A stretch of DNA of 64,000 bases, from positions 3,038,001-3,102,000 of the forward strand of contig CATNEN010000012.1 in the NCBI GenBank assembly GCA_950097015.1. The letters run 5' to 3'. Source of the DNA: Macrostomum hystrix. Its lineage: Eukaryota > Animalia > Platyhelminthes. A program made the position numbers and the translations under genes. Below are positions 58,762 through 64,000 of the stretch, piece by piece (position 1 is the stretch's first letter; each line of letters starts with the position of its first letter). A model generated the notes under the pieces. That model saw only the letters and a program-made list of their open reading frames with translations, did not search any database and was not told where the DNA came from.

Positions 58762-59529
58762 TCAGAAAACGGATTGGCACTCGCAAAAGAAGCGCTGACT
58801 GTTGCTGCATCGATTATCGTCGATGCTGTCGAAAAAGGCGTACCAAAAGTTAGTGCAACCCTCCGATCCAGCCAGTCCGTTGTTCGGTTCGCCCGCGTGC
58901 CACACAGATGCGCTGACGGGCGTATTGCAGGTGGCCCAGAACCAATTGGTGTTCACATTAGGAGCTCCGCTTTTTTGATAGCCGCCAATGTGGTAGCTCA
59001 ACGAACTTTCAACCAGCTGTTTTATCGACCCGACATGCGCGGCTTCTTCTATGTCGACAATATCGACGAACTTGGACAGTCCCAGCTCCGAGCTGCAGGT
59101 CTGATTGGCTCCGGTCCACACCTGTGCAGCTGTGAACGCCTTGTACGATGTCCCGTACTTGGTGTACTGGTATCCGAGTGGGCATAGGCGACCCGGAGGC
59201 ACTCCAGTCAGAGATCTCACATACACCGTGACCTGATTGGTGCAGTTCGGCACAGATTGCACTCGGTGACTGCAGGCGTCGAACAGGAACAGCTTACACC
59301 GGCAGGTGCCATTCGTCAGCAGCCGGAAAGCCTGGCAATTTTCCTTTATGGCGCACCTGTAGCTGCAGTCCATAGCTGTACAAAGACCTTCCACAATGTT
59401 GAAGAAGATGGAGTTCACGCAGTCCATTCCTGTTGTTGAGTAAAATTTTATTCTTCCTATAGTGCAGGCATCTGCAGCGAGAATGGTTGAAAACCACAGT
59501 ACGGTAAGCTGACACAACTGGTGCATCAT
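58762..59529 (-). CDS. Secreted C-type lectin with N-terminal PAN/apple-like domain, single exon, 255 aa
   Basis: Signal-peptide-like N-terminus, Cys-rich module (CAIKENCQAF), then CTLD features W-x-x-A-x-x-x-C, YHIGG, W-x-x-GEPNN and a terminal FFCEC. Confidence 0.85.
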   Translation of the reverse strand: MMHQLCQLTVLWFSTILAADACTIGRIKFYSTTGMDCVNSIFFNIVEGLCTAMDCSYRCAIKENCQAFRLLTNGTCRCKLFLFDACSHRVQSVPNCTNQVTVYVRSLTGVPPGRLCPLGYQYTKYGTSYKAFTAAQVWTGANQTCSSELGLSKFVDIVDIEEAAHVGSIKQLVESSLSYHIGGYQKSGAPNVNTNWFWATCNTPVSASVWHAGEPNNGLAGSEGCTNFWYAFFDSIDDNRCSNSQRFFCECQSVF

Positions 59530-59562
59530 GCCGACTGCTTGTAGAATGCTTTAGTTATCTAG

Positions 59563-59575
59563 CTCTTATAGAGGA
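59563..59575 (-). promoter_or_regulatory. Candidate TATA box (tataaga) upstream of the lectin gene
   Basis: Minus strand cctctataagag about 40 nt before the ATG. Confidence 0.35.
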
Positions 59576-60499
59576 AACCCACTCGCTTGCGGGGAAGGTT
59601 TTAGAAAGACGCAGTACTCAATTCGCTTTATATATACGTTCCATCTTGACGCCGCCTTCACATTGGCCAAGAGCCGCTGTTCATAGTTTTAAACTCTAAA
59701 AGCCTACAAAGCCGCGTCAACTTCATCAACGCTTTGGCTTAGCAGAATTTGGGACAGAGATGAAATTTCCGTCCCCTGCGCATCACGCATGGCAACGCAA
59801 CACAACACGATGCATGGTGAGACAGACGCACGCAACAGTTAAGCAGCTGGTGGGCTCCCTATATAGCAGTGGAGGGAAAGATTGACTGTTGGCGTAGCCA
59901 TGAAGCACACTAGAAGTACCTAGCTCTAATGCGTGTGTCATCACCTCAATCATTTAGCTGAGGTCTCATGCGCTCATTAACTCTGCAATGAAGTTAGGAA
60001 CTCTTTGCTGTCAACTATGTGAGACCCAAATTCCAATTAGCAGAAAGCCCATCTCATGTCTGCAACGTCCCAACGGTTGCATGCTATTTTCTAACTGTTT
60101 GAGTCTTGGCTAATTCCTTGAAATAGATTATTCACGTCACAAATGCATTCAGCTCTCTTTTCTGTTCCGATGTCTGGTAAGCTCATTTTGCTGCTAAAAT
60201 GAAGTGGCGTTCTTTTGAAGCTCTATAGTCCCGCTAGTACCTAAATTTAAAAAATTACCTCAGTTTCGAAGACTTAAAGAAAATATTACTATATCTACAT
60301 TAAATTATTCACAAGTTATTTTTACACCGAATCAGATAAGAAGTGAGCACAAATTCAAGCTTAAACTAATATCAAAAGACACTCAAGATGTTCCCCAGAG
60401 CAAGTATGGCGGTAAAACAGTTGCAGGCATCGCCATACTCATACTGCTGTTAATTTCCCAAGCCATCCGTCAGAACGCTGACTGGCACTCACAGATAAA

Positions 60500-60887
60500 C
60501 GGCAGTAGAGAGTCGCGATTCCTGTCATCGACTCCCCCGCCCGGATAGCCGCTCTACAGACTGCAGTGTAGCCAGTTGCACTCGTTCGACCTGGAGGTCT
60601 CGCATACACAGTGATCTGGTTGATACATTTCGGGCTAGATTGCACTCGGTGCCTGCACGCAGTCTGAAGGCCATGGCACTTCATCTTAAGGAGGCCGCAC
60701 ACGATACCGCATTCAATTTCTTAATTCTGAGCATATGACGGGCACCAGTTTTGAGAGCCTGGAGTCCACGCAGTCCACTCCATGCGCAGTGGTTTGGTGA
60801 AAGTCCACCGCACCAGAGCTGCAGGACTCGTAGATATAGCAGATATAGATATGATCCTTTTGTTTCTAGCTTAATTCTGTGAACCAT
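60500..60887 (-). pseudogene. Frameshifted tandem paralog fragment of the lectin N-terminal domain
   Basis: Pieces ESCSSGAVDFHQTTAHGVDCVDS and ACRHRVQSSPKCINQITVY align to DACTIGRIKFYSTTGMDCVNS and ACSHRVQSVPNCTNQVTVY but lie in different frames. Confidence 0.7.
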
Positions 60888-62276
60888 CTCAGCTTTATGC
60901 TCACTTAATTTAGTCGCTTATCGTTAACACCTAAATAGAAACTTTGATATTGTTGTGGGTCTTCTCTTTGCTTCTCAGTAAAGTCTTTTATCTCACTATT
61001 GCCACCAAAGTTGTTGTGGCTTTTCTTATCGTAATTGTTATCAACAAAGTAGTCAATCAATCGTCTGAGGATTATTGTATGCACTGTAATATCTAATTAC
61101 AGACTTTTTTCTCCCTGTAGGGTTTTGTGCAATAAACTGCTAAGTTCTCTCACGCCGTAGCGGGTTGATTCAGCCAACTGTTGGGCTTCCAATGACTTAG
61201 AGGTCACGGCTAATTAACTAACTCTTGAACTGTTTGTATATACTCGTAATTCAGTGCTTTAATATTTCTTCAACTGCTTCTATATAGAGCAGGTTACAAG
61301 GACACTAGGTAGATTTCTCACTTCGGAATTCTCGTCTATTTATAGTGGTTTTTGGATTTAAAGTTTCTAACAAATATTGAATATTAATTAATATTTCGGG
61401 CAGTAAAACAAACATAGTAATATTAAATGATATTGGCACGAATTTGAATGTAGCATAATTGTGTGATATTTTGATGGATTACATTAGTTAAAACAATTAT
61501 GGTGGTTTAAATGTATTTACAAGGAGGCCTGTCACAACATTTAATCTAGCACACAAGAGTCCATTTGAAAAAGGGCGTCTCTTCTCCTTTTCAGTATGAA
61601 TGATTCGAGTATAAATGGAAACGATTTCTTCGGTAATTAGAATTCCACTCATAATTGGAGCAAAATGTAATTTTTCTGAAATCATTGGAGATCTTTTTTG
61701 CTTTTTAGAGGATTTTTCAAGTCTGTGCTTGACAAAAACAGACAGTCATGTGAAGTTTGAAGGCGACAAAAAGTGTTCATCAGTTGGAAGGAGAGTTGCA
61801 TGCAGACTATTGTTAAGAGATATTTTGTTTCTGAAATTCTTGTGACAGCTAGAGAATGAAAAAGCTAACTATTGAGTAGCTTTCTGTGTTGAAGCGTATG
61901 GATTGAAGTGGCAGGTTGAATTATTAACTACGAGTGAGTACATTGTGATTCAGCGAGTGGGAATGTTAGAAACTTTCCCACGTAGTGAAATTCTACGTAG
62001 AAGAAACGTAGCCTCACTGCGCTGCTTTAGCGTCTGTCAAGGAAACATTTTTTGCTGACTAAAACTCAATAAGATGACTATATAGGGTGTTTAGAAATCG
62101 TGCATTAACTGAATTGGATGAAAAAAATATATTAACAACTTGGAAACATGGACTATACCTTGAGAAACATTGTTTCCTTGCTTTCGAGTACGAGTACATT
62201 AAGGAATAACAGAGTGAAATAGCGGCCAATCTATATTATTTCATTATTAACCTTCTACGCAAATGTCATTGCCTAG

Positions 62277-63797
62277 CATTTTAACGATCATTGTCTGTAG
62301 TTTTCTATGCAAGACAATGCATTGTCTGCAGGCTTTTCAGATAAGATTTAACGTTTTATTTTTGCAAAGACGCATGGCATAAGTTTAACACATGTAGTTG
62401 AACGAGCAGTGGGCAATCCAATACAAACATGTAGAAAAGCAAGCAGTCACGTCGAAGAACAGCGTCAGTTCAATTCACTTATTCGAAGAAGAAGTCGATT
62501 ATATTGGCACCTCCATCAACGTGTATTCGCATGCGCTTCTCAGGACACGATACAACTCTGAGTTGCTCCGACTCCGTAGCCACACGCAGCTGACTAGCAG
62601 TTGCTGAGGTACTAGGCCCCGAAGCAGCCGATTCAGTGGCTCCAGGAATTATGTCAACATTGACATCACGCTTCATAGCGGTTTGAACACATAGAGCAGA
62701 CTTGTAGAGACTCCGATCGCGTCGTTTGTGTAAATATCGCCTCACTGCAGATTCGGTCTTGTGACCGGTCACTAGCATGATGTCGTGAACACTTTGGCCA
62801 CACGAATCCAGGTCGCAGATTCGCGTCACCCTGGAAAGTGAAAGTCACTATCGTCAATACTAATTTCAATATTAATAATAATATTTATTTATATTCTTTT
62901 GAAGTAATTTGTGGTTCATGATTACCTGATGGAATGATTCGTGTACCTCTTGCTCAGTTGGGCCTTCTCCGATAGATTGGACATGAAGTCTTGCAGAAAT
63001 CGGTATCCACGATGCGCATTCGTCGAAAAATTAAACCTTTTCTCAGGCGTGGACTTTATCGGCCGCGGTAAAAACGATTCGCTTGTCGCGGGAATCGATG
63101 CCTCATACAAATCCAGAAGTTCTGTGTCGTATAGATCCGGGTGTGTTTATCGTCTGCTACCGAAGTAGAGTTCAGTTCAGCTCGGCGATTTTTAGATGGC
63201 AACACAGGCAAGCAGGCGTAGGATCGGCCATCTGCATCTATGCGGCGAATCAGAGGGTTCTTCATCAGAAAGCACTTTAAATGTTCCTGACCACGCTCGC
63301 CCAATTGGTATTGCAGCTCAAACAGAACTTCATATTGTAGCCGCTCAGCGTCACTACGATCGAAATAAGCTCGCAGTTTCAGCATGTCGCCTTCTTCAAT
63401 CGGGTCGTAACTCTGCGTACATTGTCCAGATTGAATATATTCGCGCACTTTGTACTGCAGCATTCGATTGGAACCGTCGAAAGCAGTTCCCGAAGCAACT
63501 AAGTTGGTCCTGCGTTTCACTACAATATTCAGGTAGCGTTGTATTCCAGCACGAATACAAACTAGCGACGACGGTGAATAGGCGCGGCCTTCCTTGCTCT
63601 TCAGTTGAAAATAATAGATGCGCAAATATTGATTCAGTGTGATTCTCGTATAATCGTAAAAATTCTAGCCAATGAAAAGAATCAGCGGCCCCAGTGCGTG
63701 ACAACGATTGTTTTGCGAGCGCCGGTAGGGGCCGCTGATTATTTATACATTGTTTATCATTTTAACGATCATTTTTTGTAGTTTTTATGCAAGACAA
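62277..63797 (-). mobile_element. Crypton (CryptonA/DUF3504-type) tyrosine recombinase element, degenerate
   Basis: YSPSSLVCIRAGIQRYL, LQYEVLFELQYQLGERGQEHL, KRYTNHSI-R across a 95-nt GT-AG intron (62925-62831), then IMLVTGHKTESAVRRY. Frameshift near 63130; N-terminus missing. Confidence 0.82.
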
Positions 63798-63871
63798 CGG
63801 CTTCTCGTTTTGCCTTCTACCATAGACTACGGACTCTTCTAAAATGATTAATCTCTAGCCATGAATGACTA

Positions 63872-64000
63872 CTCGAGCCGACTGTGATTTACGAAGTTTG
63901 CAGCTTGGAACATACCGACAGCTGTTCCACGCGGAGCAGCTCATCTCGGGCAAGGAGAATGCGGCAAACAACTATGCGCGCGGTCACTACACATTTGGCA
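63872..64000 (+). pseudogene. TUBA: Alpha-tubulin fragment (5' truncated, frameshifted), runs off the window end
   Basis: LEPTVIYEV followed, after a frameshift, by [31 protein letters not shown]. Confidence 0.8.

Noticed and set aside
58641-59708. ~17-bp imperfect direct repeats around the intronless lectin as a retrocopy TSD
   Set aside because: AT-rich with mismatches, no poly-A remnant, and a plausible TATA box lies inside the interval.

Overview
Eukaryotic (metazoan) genomic DNA with GC-rich exons, spliceosomal introns and about 23 different minisatellite arrays covering roughly a quarter of the window. The style resembles a Macrostomum-type free-living flatworm (inference, not confirmed). 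Genes reconstructed by hand across GT-AG introns: an ABIN/TNIP-like UBAN + NZF protein (+), intronless GPATCH1 (+), a KChIP/KCNIP calcium sensor (-), an unknown acidic protein (+), a 10-exon SERCA pump (-), a putative 3-exon TNF-superfamily ligand (-), splicing factor SF1/BBP (-), and a PAN-like + C-type lectin (-) with a broken tandem paralog. A frameshifted alpha-tubulin fragment sits at the right edge. Mobile DNA: two tRNA-derived SINE families (one with a CORE/MIR-like domain), a Helitron remnant with a nested hAT MITE, a Mutator-like element, a long foldback element, and two Crypton-type tyrosine recombinase remnants, one with an intron and flanking ~41 bp direct repeats. The most striking unexplained pattern is that long introns look like minimal introns inflated by a private minisatellite. 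The units often carry splice-signal-like motifs in sense orientation, and one array is copied from the exon/intron junction itself. No prokaryotic features or CRISPR arrays are present.
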